A stretch of DNA of 63,394 bases, counting the filler, from Globobulimina sp. (lineage: Eukaryota): assembly GCA_003354225.1 (NCBI GenBank). It is 41 parts of 41 records of this genome, joined end to end, with 100 filler letters (N's around TTAATTAATTAA, not from the genome) between each part and the next. Parts side by side here need not be neighbours in the genome. Positions count along the whole stretch, not along the records: positions 37,183 to 38,630 come from PIVH01016507.1; positions 38,731 to 40,178 come from PIVH01016508.1; positions 40,279 to 41,726 come from PIVH01016509.1; positions 41,827 to 43,274 come from PIVH01016510.1; positions 43,375 to 44,822 come from PIVH01016511.1; positions 44,923 to 46,370 come from PIVH01016512.1; positions 46,471 to 47,918 come from PIVH01016513.1; positions 48,019 to 49,466 come from PIVH01016514.1; 33 more parts are not named here. One strand, 5' to 3'. The position numbers were made by a program, and so were the translations under genes. This document shows, one piece after another, positions 37,083 to 48,920 of this stretch (position 1 is its first letter; each line of letters opens with the position of its first letter). A model generated the notes under the pieces. The model ran no database searches. It was not told the origin of the DNA and was given only the letters and a program-made list of their open reading frames with translations.

Positions 37083-37904
37083 NNNNNNNNNNNNNNNNNN
37101 NNNNNNNNNNNNNNNNNNNNNNNNNNTTAATTAATTAANNNNNNNNNNNNNNNNNNNNNNNNNNNNNNNNNNNNNNNNNNNNCAACGTGTTTTTTTCAAT
37201 ATATCCTTTTCCGAAAAAAGATTCCGGAGATAATCTTTTACGACATGCAAACATGCGCACCTTACTCGGACTTTTTTCCTAAGGTATTGTCAAAAATCTT
37301 TTTTTAAAATAAACTATACCGGCAACTCGATTAGCACATTTTTTTGCAGCAATGCATTATTTTTTCTTGACTATTTTACCGGTTTTTTAATACAACTATA
37401 AACAAATTTAATAGTTTGAAATTCAATTTTATAAAAATTGTTTCATAATTTTTAGAAATACCATTTTGGGGCAAAAAGTTAACTGTCTGAAATTCCGACC
37501 AAGACGCCCTAATTGCTTGATTTTGCATAATTTTTGCATATTTATAACAAATAAATTTTCTATAATGTGACTTTAATAAAGGATTTCGCATGAAAAGAAT
37601 ATTAAAATTATGCATGGTTTGCTCCTTTTGAAACGTTATATTGTTTTAAAAGGAGATAGTATATTCTGTGCAAACTAGGAAAACAGGGAAAATGGTATCA
37701 TGGCTAAATGTTGATTCTTACCTCTTCTTCCTCCTGATATGGGATACTGACCATACTTACTATCTGCCGGCACATTCCCCCGCTTCTCACTTACTGTTGT
37801 TTGCCAAGTCTGTATTCTCAAAGCCTTTAAATTGAAAAAATAGGAATCCGGATCATTTCCTAATTTTGCAATACATTATTTTACCCAAAATCAGGAGGTA
37901 TGAT

Positions 37905-38255
37905 ATGAAGGCTACAACAACAATAAGGAGGTCCTGCCCGCGTACTTACTATGAATCGATGATACTGCTTCAGACAAAAGATGATTATGCATACTACAAT
38001 AAGGATAATTGCTATTATACGTATGCGAAAATGTACAATAACAGCAAGGACGGCATGTATTTTGAGGCAGATTATGCCCTTCAGCCGGGATCAGATATTT
38101 GTATCAAAATTGTTAATTCCACACCTGATGATACATACTTCCCCGAAGCTTACAAAGCATTCATGGGAAAGGTGATGTGGTGCAGGGAAACATCCGATGA
38201 AAACAGTATCGGCTATGGAATCGGCGTCCAATACTGCAAACCGCCAACAATATAG
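37905..38255 (+). CDS. Bacterial PilZ domain (c-di-GMP receptor) protein
   Basis: AGGAGG RBS. RSCPR (RxxxR), NNSKDG (NxSxxG), GKVMWCRE...YGIGVQY. Confidence 0.85.
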   Translation: MKATTTIRRSCPRTYYESMILLQTKDDYAYYNKDNCYYTYAKMYNNSKDGMYFEADYALQPGSDICIKIVNSTPDDTYFPEAYKAFMGKVMWCRETSDENSIGYGIGVQYCKPPTI

Positions 38256-38360
38256 AAAATTCGTCAAAGGCGTATGCAATTTAGTAGGCCATAAATCTGT
38301 ATTATATATCGATTGCATTTGGAATGAAGTGTTTGCTATTCAACATTAAGGGGATATTTT

Positions 38361-38630
38361 ATGAGGAGGAAATATAAACGCTTTGAAGTTGGAGAAGGCG
38401 TATTTGCCGTTTTCAAGCCCAATTACACCAAACTGTACCAATTAAAAGATATCAGCATGGATGGAATGGCGTTTTGCTATTTTTCCGATGAGGATAAAGC
38501 GAACGACTTTTTTGAATCCTATGGTCTTTCCCTTTTGATGGCTCACAGCAGTTTTTACCTGTACTCTGTTCCATTTAGAAACATATCTGATTTCAGTATT
38601 TCTGAAATACCATCCATTAACTCAGACAAT
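38361..38630 (+). CDS. Second bacterial PilZ domain protein, 3' partial
   Basis: RKYKR and DISMDG motifs. Confidence 0.8.
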
Positions 38631-38730
38631 NNNNNNNNNNNNNNNNNNNNNNNNNNNNNNNNNNNNNNNNNNNNTTAATTAATTAANNNNNNNNNNNNNN
38701 NNNNNNNNNNNNNNNNNNNNNNNNNNNNNN

Positions 38731-39035
38731 AAATGTTTGGAATTTGCAATTGGTGGTAAATATTTCTTATTAAATTGCGCGCTAAATGCGTTCATTAATT
38801 TTGATATTTTTCGATTATTTGTGTGTTGACCAAACCGTAGCTGGTGATGTGAGGAGATACGCGCCCACCGATAAACATGCTTTGCAAAGGATATAATATA
38901 TCTTTGTTGCGGTTTGTCGTAGAATGAGGTCAATACACAAGACAGGAATGTAAATATGTCTTGAGCCGCAGAGTGATTTTCTTTTCTGAGTGATTCGAGA
39001 TCCGTCGGTTCATTTTCTGGACCATAATTATTCAT
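38731..39035 (-). CDS. Hypothetical protein divergent from PPIL1, 3' partial
   Basis: ATG at 39035, open to the contig end. Confidence 0.45.
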
Positions 39036-39156
39036 AGTTCGACGTTCAGGAGGAAGGTGTGGTGCAATGAGTATTTGAAGACTAAGAGAGCATGAAAACC
39101 ACCAGATATATGATGAAAAAGAAAAACTTAGTGAAGTAAATTTGTAGTATAACACC

Positions 39157-39733
39157 ATGCAGATTTCAACAAATGATAACTCACAAAAGTTGATGACAGG
39201 AGGCAATGTGAAATTTAGTACATCAATGGGTGATATTGAAATTGAATTGTATTGGAATCATGCACCAAAAACGTGCAATAATTTTCGAACGCTCGCACAA
39301 AGAGGAAATTATAATAACACAATCTTCCATCGCATCATAAAAGTTTAGTATCGCAATAGAGCGCCTTGCACCAACTGTCCATACATAACATTTATTATAT
39401 AATAAATAGAATTTTGTGGTTCAAGGCGGCGATCCCACGGGAACTGGAAGAGGCGGCCAATCCATTTATAATGGAAAGTTTGAAGATGAGATACACAAAG
39501 AATTGAAACATACGGGAGCCGGGATTTTGTCAATGGCGAATAGCGGACCAAATACAAACGGATCACAATTTTTCATAACATTGGCACCATTGCAACATTT
39601 GGACAATAAACACACAATATTTGGTAGAATTAAATCTGGAATGAAAGTTGTTCAAAAAATGAGTATGGTCCAAACAGATGCAAATAATAAACCATTGGAT
39701 GAAGTGAAAATATTTAAAGCCATTGCATGTTGA
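39157..39733 (+). CDS. PPIL1: Cyclophilin-type PPIase, PPIL1-like (intron 39343-39409)
   Basis: [62 protein letters not shown]. Confidence 0.92.
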
Positions 39734-40278
39734 ATTGAGTAAAGAGTTGGAAAAATTGCCGGGAATCTTTTCAGTAAACGTAATGTTGCAAATTATTTAA
39801 AACTACTTAATTAAATCTTCAGTGCAAGTCACTAATTCAGTATTACTGGTACCAGAGGTCTCTCCTGGTCCCAGGGATACAGAATATACACGAATTGGTT
39901 GGTACAGATTTTGCGTACAACAGAATATACACGAATTGGTACAACAGGTTCTTTTATTTTATGTACACCCAATGCGAGAAAGAAGGTTATCTAAATTATA
40001 AAAAAAATAACATTATTTATTATAAAAAGTAACAGCAAATTAATAATAAAAAAAAAAGTAACAGCAATTAATAATTATTATGTACACATTTAATAGCAGA
40101 AAAAATAAAAGATTACTAATTATCAGATTACATAGACAACGTTTATCAGAGTGAGACCATCGAATCTGTTTAACTTAGNNNNNNNNNNNNNNNNNNNNNN
40201 NNNNNNNNNNNNNNNNNNNNNNTTAATTAATTAANNNNNNNNNNNNNNNNNNNNNNNNNNNNNNNNNNNNNNNNNNNN

Positions 40279-40424
40279 AAAAGAGGATGTTTTATTGAAT
40301 CGAATGTGGGATTCACAGAAAGGAGTTACTAAAGATTCTGTGTTTCGAATGTTTTTTAAGACAAAAAAATGGAAAAAAGTTGTATTGTCTCGCAGAACCA
40401 AGAAAAAAATAATACAATGAATTT
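40279..40424 (+). repeat. Left arm of a ~145-bp inverted repeat bracketing the contig
   Basis: Reverse complement of 41584-41726, with one substitution and a 3-nt indel. Confidence 0.95.
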
Positions 40425-41303
40425 GAGATAAATGGAATTACTTTTGATTGTGATGCAATTTGTGTGCAGCCATGAAAACTTATGCAAAGCCTTTGGAATT
40501 CCCATATTTATTAATCTCAATTCCTCCGTATTTCCCTCCTCCTTTTTCTCTGCAATAAAAGCACCAGAAACAGAACCCATATCATCGCAAATATTTTTAT
40601 TATTTTTATTATTTGTGTTAGATTCATTGGTGGCGCGCATTTGGCGTTGTTTGTATCGAGTTGTTTTTTTATTGCTCAATGGATGTATTTTTAATAAATG
40701 AGGATGTTTAATTCTTTTGTGATGAATGCCATTCTGCACACAATGTCTTTTAAACTTTGAATAATTGAAATTTGTGATTGGATTATGCGCAGTAAAAAAT
40801 CCCTTCAAACTGTCATCAGCACAGCAAATAGTACACGTTACGCCGCTTTCTCTCCATATCAAGCACGCAAACAATGCGGCATCACAATCTTTACTTAGTT
40901 TGGAAATGATTTGAGTGAATGTTGCATAATCGGTATGGCTTCGTTTATATTTCTTTTTCGGCGGTTCATTGGATGGCTCATTGGATGGTGGTCGCACTCG
41001 AATGGTTTTTACGGTTTTAATGGATTGCACTGGTTCTGGTTCTGCGGAGGTAACGATGCGTTTTACTTTTACGTATATTTTCAATGACTTTCGTTCATCA
41101 TCGATTGCGGTTTGCATCGCGTGTTGCAATTCAGAGTCAGTGGCAATGGTAATTTGATCTTGCTCATCATCTAAATATCTCAATTGGAATGCAGTAATTT
41201 TAAATGCGTGGGTCACAAATTGGTTCAATGATTGCAAATTGATAGTGTTCTTATTGAAACGTCGGGTGTCATCGTCCAAAACTAGTTTGATGGTGAGGCC
41301 CAT
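40356..41303 (-). CDS. PB1 domain + putative C2H2/TTF-like zinc-finger protein
   Basis: IKL...TRRF...F.L.Y.DDEQDQITI.TD.EL is a PB1 domain. CTIC...FKRHC...H. Confidence 0.75.
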   Translation of the reverse strand: MGLTIKLVLDDDTRRFNKNTINLQSLNQFVTHAFKITAFQLRYLDDEQDQITIATDSELQHAMQTAIDDERKSLKIYVKVKRIVTSAEPEPVQSIKTVKTIRVRPPSNEPSNEPPKKKYKRSHTDYATFTQIISKLSKDCDAALFACLIWRESGVTCTICCADDSLKGFFTAHNPITNFNYSKFKRHCVQNGIHHKRIKHPHLLKIHPLSNKKTTRYKQRQMRATNESNTNNKNNKNICDDMGSVSGAFIAEKKEEGNTEELRLINMGIPKALHKFSWLHTNCITIKSNSIYLKFIVLFFSWFCETIQLFSIFLS

Positions 41304-41583
41304 GTTAGGAACTCTGCTTTCGCTGCCTCAGGTTTTTAACGTTAATCATCAAAACCTTAAGAATGCTGCGTTCAGTGATGACTAGCTCACTTCAATAAAA
41401 TCTTAATATCAGGGTTGTCACCTCATAGACGACAGTGCGATTGAATGATTGAAATAAATTTATAATTAGCAATTTCATCTAATATATACTAATAAACCAA
41501 AACGGTGTGACGGGTACGAACAGGTTACATTACATAAAACAATGACGACCATTTATTGTCAACTCCCATTTATGGTTCGTAGT

Positions 41584-41726
41584 AAATTCATTGTATTTTT
41601 TTCTTGATTCTGCGAGACAATACAACTTTTTTCCATTTTTTTGTCTTAAAAAACATTCGAAACACAGAATCTTTAGTAACTCCTTTCTGTGAATCCCACA
41701 TTCGATTCAATAAAACATCCTCTTTT
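41584..41726 (-). repeat. Right arm of the ~145-bp inverted repeat
   Basis: Reverse complement of 40279-40424. Confidence 0.95.
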
Positions 41727-42162
41727 NNNNNNNNNNNNNNNNNNNNNNNNNNNNNNNNNNNNNNNNNNNNTTAATTAATTAANNNNNNNNNNNNNNNNNN
41801 NNNNNNNNNNNNNNNNNNNNNNNNNNACAAATATTTGAAAAAATAATTCCACGCCAAACTAAACAAGAAGTTTAGTGGCGAGAAAACTATATTTGTATTG
41901 AAATAATGAGCACATTTGGAAAAATAACTAAAAACAAGGAATTTAGACTAAATAATTCGACGACTTGTAGCCAGTTGTGGGGGAATCACTCTCCTGTAGT
42001 TGCCCTTACTTACATATTTTGTAGCACATTAAGTTTTTAATTGAGTTGAAAACCTCAAAAATCGTTGCTGAGACGAATGAAATGGCACTGAATTAGTGAC
42101 TTTACTTTCTTTTCACTTAAATGCACTAACTCTTAAACAACACGCACGCGTTTAAAAATTAT

Positions 42163-43124
42163 TTATTGTGGAATTACAGCATCTTGGTTGATGTGAACTG
42201 CATCATTTGGTGTGAATAAGGCTACAACAAATACAACTCCTTTATTAACAACCATATAATCTTTTAAATTCAATTTATTTTTTATTAATTTTCCATTTTG
42301 ATAAAATGCGATCGATGCAGTATCATTTTGCTTATTTAGATTAACTAAAATACAAATTCTATCGCCAAAATTCCATTTTGAACCGGTCCATGGTTCAGTG
42401 GATCCATTTCTATATAAACATCCAGTTTCTCCATACAATGAGCATCCAGGGTAGCCAGCACGGCCTGGAAACCTTGTGATTCTGAATGGTTTTGCTTCTG
42501 TAACACCCAATTTTACATACAGTGAACCATGAGATATAACCGTAAATTCAATATATCTTTTACAATTTCCTTGCATATGCATTACACCATAAATAGCAAT
42601 GGCTTGGTTAAGACTTTGGTGCTTTGCTGATCGAGTAACCACATTTCCATATTCACTTAATTCAAGTAATGGTGATTTCATATACGGATTAAATCGACAG
42701 TTTAGCGATAATTTAATCATATCATATAATGTTTTTATTTTATAATATGAGGCATCATTTTGTAATTTTTCTAACTGAATTACCTTTAGTTCACGTAATT
42801 GATGTCGTAAATCATAACCACTTAAATAATCCAGAATATATTGAAATAATTGGGGATTGCGAGCAAAACATAATTTATTAAAATTGCCATCCATTTTTGA
42901 ATATTTTTCTAGAAATAATGTAATTCCATATTGTTTATTGAGTAATGTTTGTGCGTCATAAATTCTTTATTTCCAATCACTAATTTAATTTTTATATTCA
43001 ACCCTTTGTATTGCAATTCTTGCATTTGTTTTTCTTCTTGTTTCATCTCCATAACTTTTTGTTGCATTTCTTGCAACTGTTGTTCCAGTTGACTGAGTTG
43101 ACTCATGTTCAATTCTGTCATCAT
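42163..43124 (-). pseudogene. Coiled-coil + BTB/POZ + SPRY protein with a 1-nt frameshift near 42950
   Basis: IKLVIGNKEFMTHK / TLL...F.RNPQLFQYILDYL (BTB) is split across frames. SPRY GDRICI...FYQNG. Confidence 0.7.
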
Positions 43125-43374
43125 TTAAATTTAATCAAAACCAATCAAAAGTATCGATTTAAAATATCTATGATAATCATTTTATGGACATTCGGACAGT
43201 ATTTGTATGAAACTGAAATTGCTTGAAACACAATTACAACAACTTGCCATGTTGAATATGATGTAAATCATTCCNNNNNNNNNNNNNNNNNNNNNNNNNN
43301 NNNNNNNNNNNNNNNNNNTTAATTAATTAANNNNNNNNNNNNNNNNNNNNNNNNNNNNNNNNNNNNNNNNNNNN

Positions 43375-43501
43375 AATACTGTCATAATCCCATAATCACC
43401 TATTAATACTGTCATAATCCCATAAACACCTATTAATACTGTCATAATCCCATAATCAGATATTAATACTGTTATAAACACATAATTCACCTATTAATAC
43501 T
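43375..43501. repeat. 30-bp minisatellite x4
   Basis: AATACTGTCATAATCCCATAATCACCTATT units. Confidence 0.9.
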
Positions 43502-43633
43502 TTTATTTCACGATATTTTTTCATCTTATCTCTGCATTTTAACCTAAACTACCAAACTCATAGCAGCTAGCTACACGAGTCAGCGTACAAGAAATAAAAC
43601 AAAGCAAAGTAAAGCAAAAAATACCTCTACATT

Positions 43634-44822
43634 ATGAACAAAGCTATTATTTCATTTGGTTTACTTATAACCACAAACATTGCAAGTAGAAATTGTGCTG
43701 GAACTTGGAGATCAACTCATGGTGTGACAACTAGTTGGTGCGCTGACAATTGTTATGCTCCTGGTACAGGTGATTTACACCCGTCATGTGATCCAAATAT
43801 TCCTAATCATGTACCTGTGTGCATTTGCCAGGAACCACCAACAACTGCATCACCATCAAATTCACAATTCCCGCCTGGAATGTGTGATGGAGGCACTGGT
43901 ATGTATTATATCATTCATGTAATCACTTATATAATCACTTTTATCATACAGGTGTTACGGGTATTTTGGGTGATACACGTTTTCAATATGTTTTGGATGC
44001 ATTACAAAATCCATTGGGTCATGGATTTACTATGGATTCTGCAATAGTCGAAGGGCAAAGATTTACGGGAGCCAGTATGTATCAGGATTTTGAGCAATTA
44101 GCATCTATACCATTTTTGAATCAAGTAACGGAGTATTCCGTGTCTGTGTTTACCAACAAAGAGCCAGTCTCTTATTTAAGCGTTGATGATGTTATTATTT
44201 GGAGAGTTAAGTTGAATATATAATTATATATTATTTATGCGTATTATTATACATACATGACATATAAATAGGTTTGTTTACCACCTCCAATTACATATTA
44301 TGGTGTTGCCGGTTATAATGCAGCTGAAATATTGAATGAAAATGCGACATTACTGAATTATAAGCAATCGAGTCTTGGTGATTCCATAAATAATTTAAAT
44401 GTGAAATCCGACACTGGCGATGCATTTAATACACCTGCGTTTTTTGTCATGTCTGGAAGTCAAAGTTCATTGGATATTGTTTCTGGTTTAGTAGCGAGTA
44501 CGTTTGGCGCAACAATTGCAGCTAACATTAATTTTATTAAAGTACCAAACGAAGTATTTTCATTTGCAGAAAGTAGTACATCTTCATTTTCACCAAGAGA
44601 TGTATTTTCATTTTCATTTAGAACTGTAGATAACTCAAATAATGCTAATACATTATATGAGATTTCTAAAACTCCGCAGTATGTAAAACCATTATTTGTC
44701 TTTCGAAAATATACTGCGGAGTCCGTGGGTGATTTTGCATTTTCAGAAAAGCCGCTCGAAGCAGAAACAGTTGAAAATACACCAGGACAATCAAAAAAAT
44801 TCGATGAAGCGGTTGAGGGAAT
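43634..44822 (+). CDS. Secreted protein with a small Cys-rich N-module, 3' partial (introns 43899-43951, 44206-44271)
   Basis: Signal peptide, WCADNC...C...CIC module. Two in-phase GT-AG introns join three ORFs. Confidence 0.72.
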
Positions 44823-45045
44823 NNNNNNNNNNNNNNNNNNNNNNNNNNNNNNNNNNNNNNNNNNNNTTAATTAATTAANNNNNNNNNNNNNNNNNNNNNN
44901 NNNNNNNNNNNNNNNNNNNNNNATGTACCAACAAAAAAGTAAATGTATCTGAATAAATGCGAGGTAATAATGTATATATATAAAAACTAAAACTAGTCCA
45001 CCCATAAATACACAAACGATGGATGGATAGCAAAGGTTATAGTTA

Positions 45046-45810
45046 CTAAGAATGAAAAATATTATCTAAATGTTGAACTGCCACAGGATTTGGTTTTGAT
45101 TGTTGTTTAAACTGTGAATATTGGAATGGATTATTTATTGATCTCGCTAAGCGATCAATTGTTATTAATGGAACGCCACCAATTCGGGACCAAAAAATAT
45201 TAATTTTATATTGCATGCATATTGTTGCAATCTTTGTAATTATTGTTTGTAAATAAGGATTTGATGATTGTTTTGCTGTATATTGGTTCAACATATTTAT
45301 TACTGCTAAATTATCGCAGTAAATCTGAACCCGTTTACCTTTAAATTTATGTGTATACAATTTTAATAAAATATAAATGGACAATAATTCATTCTGTTCG
45401 CGATGATTAACCATCGATGTTTGTGGTATTTCATTAAATGGCAGCATAAAATAAGGAGTATCAGCAACATCAACAAATCCGGCAATTCCGTGATTATCCA
45501 CATAACCGCAATACGCAATGATATCAATTCGTTTTGATGCACTAAATACAGAATCAAATAATTGCTTATTTTCATTGTATAACGTTATGTTATTTTGCAA
45601 TGAGTTAATGTCACTTTTTAATCTTTTATTTGCTAAAATATTCAATTGATTGCGGCGACCATGGATTTCGATATTATTTGTGAATGCATTTAATGGTTTA
45701 ATGATTGGTGCATAATTTCTTGCTCTTTTTGTGAAAGTGAATAGCTCACTCTTTGACACTTTTGATTTCTGTAATAAATTATGTAGTAATATCTGAATAT
45801 TTCTTTGCAT
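45046..45810 (-). mobile_element. DIRS/Ngaro-type RNase H domain ORF, divergent
   Basis: NELLSI..LL......KGKRVQIYCDNLAV...L..I..IC..Y.I.I....I.G....DRLAR. Confidence 0.65.
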
Positions 45811-46470
45811 CTTTTTTTATGTTATAATACGAATTTGTCCGTGTATTTATCTGTATATACTAAAAAAATGAAGTCAGATATGTTCCTTTGAAATGAAGTC
45901 AGATTATTAATAAATAAAAAAGCAATGCTGACAAATATCTGTGATGTTTATCGTGGATATACAATGATGTCAGATGCGATACGATACCTGAATATATTGG
46001 CTAAAGTTGTAGCGATAATGTGAGCAAGTTAACTAGTTGAATTTTGAGGTTAAAAGTTTTGTTGACTAGCTCACTTTTGAAAATCGTGTTAATAAATCAA
46101 ATCGTTTGAGTGAAACGCTTATAGATAATCTATAATTGCCATGTCAACAGACTCAATAATGTATATGAATTAAAATGCAGTACTTTAGAATAGGACGTGT
46201 TTAGAATATTGCCTTTTGGAAATTTTTGATTTAAAGAGCTTATTCTAAACGCGTCATGTTTTAAATTCGTGATGTATAGAATATTACATTCATACGCCCA
46301 TAGGCTATAAACAGGCAGTGTTTCAAAAACGAAATGTTTTGAATTCAAACTGTAATTTTAAAAACAATGTNNNNNNNNNNNNNNNNNNNNNNNNNNNNNN
46401 NNNNNNNNNNNNNNTTAATTAATTAANNNNNNNNNNNNNNNNNNNNNNNNNNNNNNNNNNNNNNNNNNNN

Positions 46471-46827
46471 TTTATTTTTTAATTCTTTTTCAATTTCAAG
46501 TAATTCATTATTTGAGCCATGCTCTGCCAAAAAATGTGCAAAATCATCAATAAAATCTGTGTATGATTCACTACAAAATTCAATTAATATTTCTTGGCTT
46601 ACTTTGCTGGCATTCATCTTATTATTATTTGTTAACACATTGAAATATTTTAAGCTCATTGTTAAGCGCTGTAAATAGGCGCAATTTGATATGATTTCAT
46701 TCTTTGATTTATTGCAATGTGTTGATATTTCCTCAAATATTTTAAGATCAATATCCATGGATTTAGTATTATCCTCATCGTGTTTACTTGTGTTTGATTG
46801 CGAATTCTTTGATATTTTGTTTGCCAT
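46471..46827 (-). CDS. Hypothetical multigene-family protein, 3' partial (paralog of 48019-48604)
   Basis: MDIDLKIFEEIST..SKNEI.SNCAYLQRLTMSLKYFN is shared with the next contig. Confidence 0.7.
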
Positions 46828-47023
46828 AATGCAATTATAAAAACACGTGGAGTCTATGCTTGTTTTGCTTGTCGGTGTATTGATAAACGAGCTGTTGGTA
46901 ATGTGCAACGATGACTTGTCTAATTTATGTTGCTCGGACGGTTCTTGTTGTTTGTTTACATTTAGATTTGTTTCATTGTTGTTTTTTTTTGAAATTTGAA
47001 GTAGTCGCTTGAGTCTTGACTGA

Positions 47024-47918
47024 ATGGGAAATTCCATCAAAGTCAACGAGAATTTGTTAGAATGGGGAGCCAACAAAGCGAAGTTCATCACCATCCACGA
47101 ACACTTTGGCAAAGTGAATGCAGTGTGGTGCGGCAAGATGGACAACGACAATAATTCAATCTTAATAGCCTCGGCGAGTCAAGATGGCAATTTGAAGATA
47201 TCCAAACTGAGCATCACATTGAACGCAGGCAACAAAATTCGAAAAACAAAGAGCAAACTCGTGGCAGCAATCCCTTTGCGTACAGCCTGGGTGATGTCCA
47301 CAAATATATCGCCGTCATTAAATTATATTTGTTCGGGTGGCTTAGACAACGAACTTTCGATTTATTCCATCAATCCCAATATGAACAACCAATGGATCCG
47401 GAATGCACTGTGTATATTACGCAAACATACCGGATATATATCTCGTGTCAGATTCATTGACGACAACTATATACTGAGCAGCTCGGGCGATGGCACCTTG
47501 TTGTTATGGCACATTCCGTCATTGACTGTCGTCGACACCTTAACTGTGCCAAACAACGCCGACATCACTTCCATTGATTACATATATTTGCATCGACGGC
47601 ATATCATTGCGTATTGCTGCATTGACACAGGGCTCAAAAATAAGATTTTCGTGGAGGATATTACTGAGATTTTGGAGCTGTATCAACAGCCAAATAATGG
47701 CAACGACCAATTGCAACAACAAAGCAATGCAACAAAGAACATATCCGATTATTTATGGAATATGGGAGATATTCAGGTATTATACAGTATATATTTTATA
47801 TTAATTTAATTTAATTTAATTGCCTTCATTCATTCATTCAAAGTATATGGTGGAACCGCAAACATTTGGCAGTGTCTTCAAGACCGACGTGAATGACGTC
47901 AAATTCTCAGCGAATGGC
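47024..47918 (+). CDS. Divergent G-protein beta subunit-like WD40 protein, 3' partial
   Basis: SASQDG.L, IPLR..WVM, GGLDN..SIY, HTGY.S..RF, SSGD.T..LW. Confidence 0.82.
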
Positions 47919-48018
47919 NNNNNNNNNNNNNNNNNNNNNNNNNNNNNNNNNNNNNNNNNNNNTTAATTAATTAANNNNNNNNNNNNNNNNNNNNNNNNNN
48001 NNNNNNNNNNNNNNNNNN

Positions 48019-48604
48019 CATTTGCAAATCTTTTCCAAGCAAACCTAGATTTTTCTTGTTTTTTTTGAATTAAATCCCTTTTTGTTTGAAATATTTCATC
48101 AACACATAAAAAATTGTTATTATTATTATTTTCTTTCTTTTCCATTGTTTGTACTCTTAATCCCATGCTAAAAAGATGAAATATTTGATGATGAAACTTA
48201 TCAAATAAATTACAATAAAAATCATTATTATTATTAGTTTCTTTTTTCTCTTCCTCTCTTTCATTATAATATCTTTTTAATTGATTACATTTTGAAATAT
48301 CACATGTTATAAATGCATATTTATTTTTTAATTCTTTTGCAATTTCAATTAATTCATTATTTGAGCCATGTTCTTTTAAAAAATGTGCAAAATCATCAAT
48401 AAAATGTGTGTATGATTCATTACAAAATTCAATTAATGTTTCTTGACTTTTATTATTATTTATTAACACATTAAAATATTTTAAGCTCATTGTTAATCGC
48501 TGTAAATACGCGCAATTTGATACAATTTCATTCTTTGATTTAGTACAATTTGTTGATATTTCTTCAAATATTTTAAGGTCAATATCCATGGTTTTATTAT
48601 TCAA
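48019..48604 (-). CDS. Hypothetical multigene-family protein, partial
   Basis: Close paralog of 46471-46827. CDISKC...R motif. Confidence 0.7.
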
Positions 48605-48920
48605 ATATTTTATTAGGACAGTGTTTGTGTGCTAAGTTGTTTGATATTTGGTGTATGCATAAGAAAATTATTGTTCTTTGCTTGCCATGTAAATGATCGA
48701 CAAGCCCTTACACACAAATCCTTGCACACAAGTAATTTCGAAGAACGCGTTCGAAAAAAATAAATTTAATTAAATGTTCGATCACATTAAAAACAAATCA
48801 AAAATTAAAAGGTTTCGTTGAATCGTGTGCATATTGGACATTTGGTCTTTCTTAGTTAGCTGCAAAGACCAAAAAGGTTTCCAATAAGCCTTTCTTATAT
48901 AATTATATATGTACTGCCTT

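Noticed and set aside
37515-37545. Sigma-54 promoter-like TTGCA-N-TTGCA
   Set aside because: Lacks the invariant GG at -24.
46828-47151. Overlap of the minus-strand ORF with the G-beta-like gene
   Set aside because: The paralog supports a start near 46827, so the extension is probably not coding.
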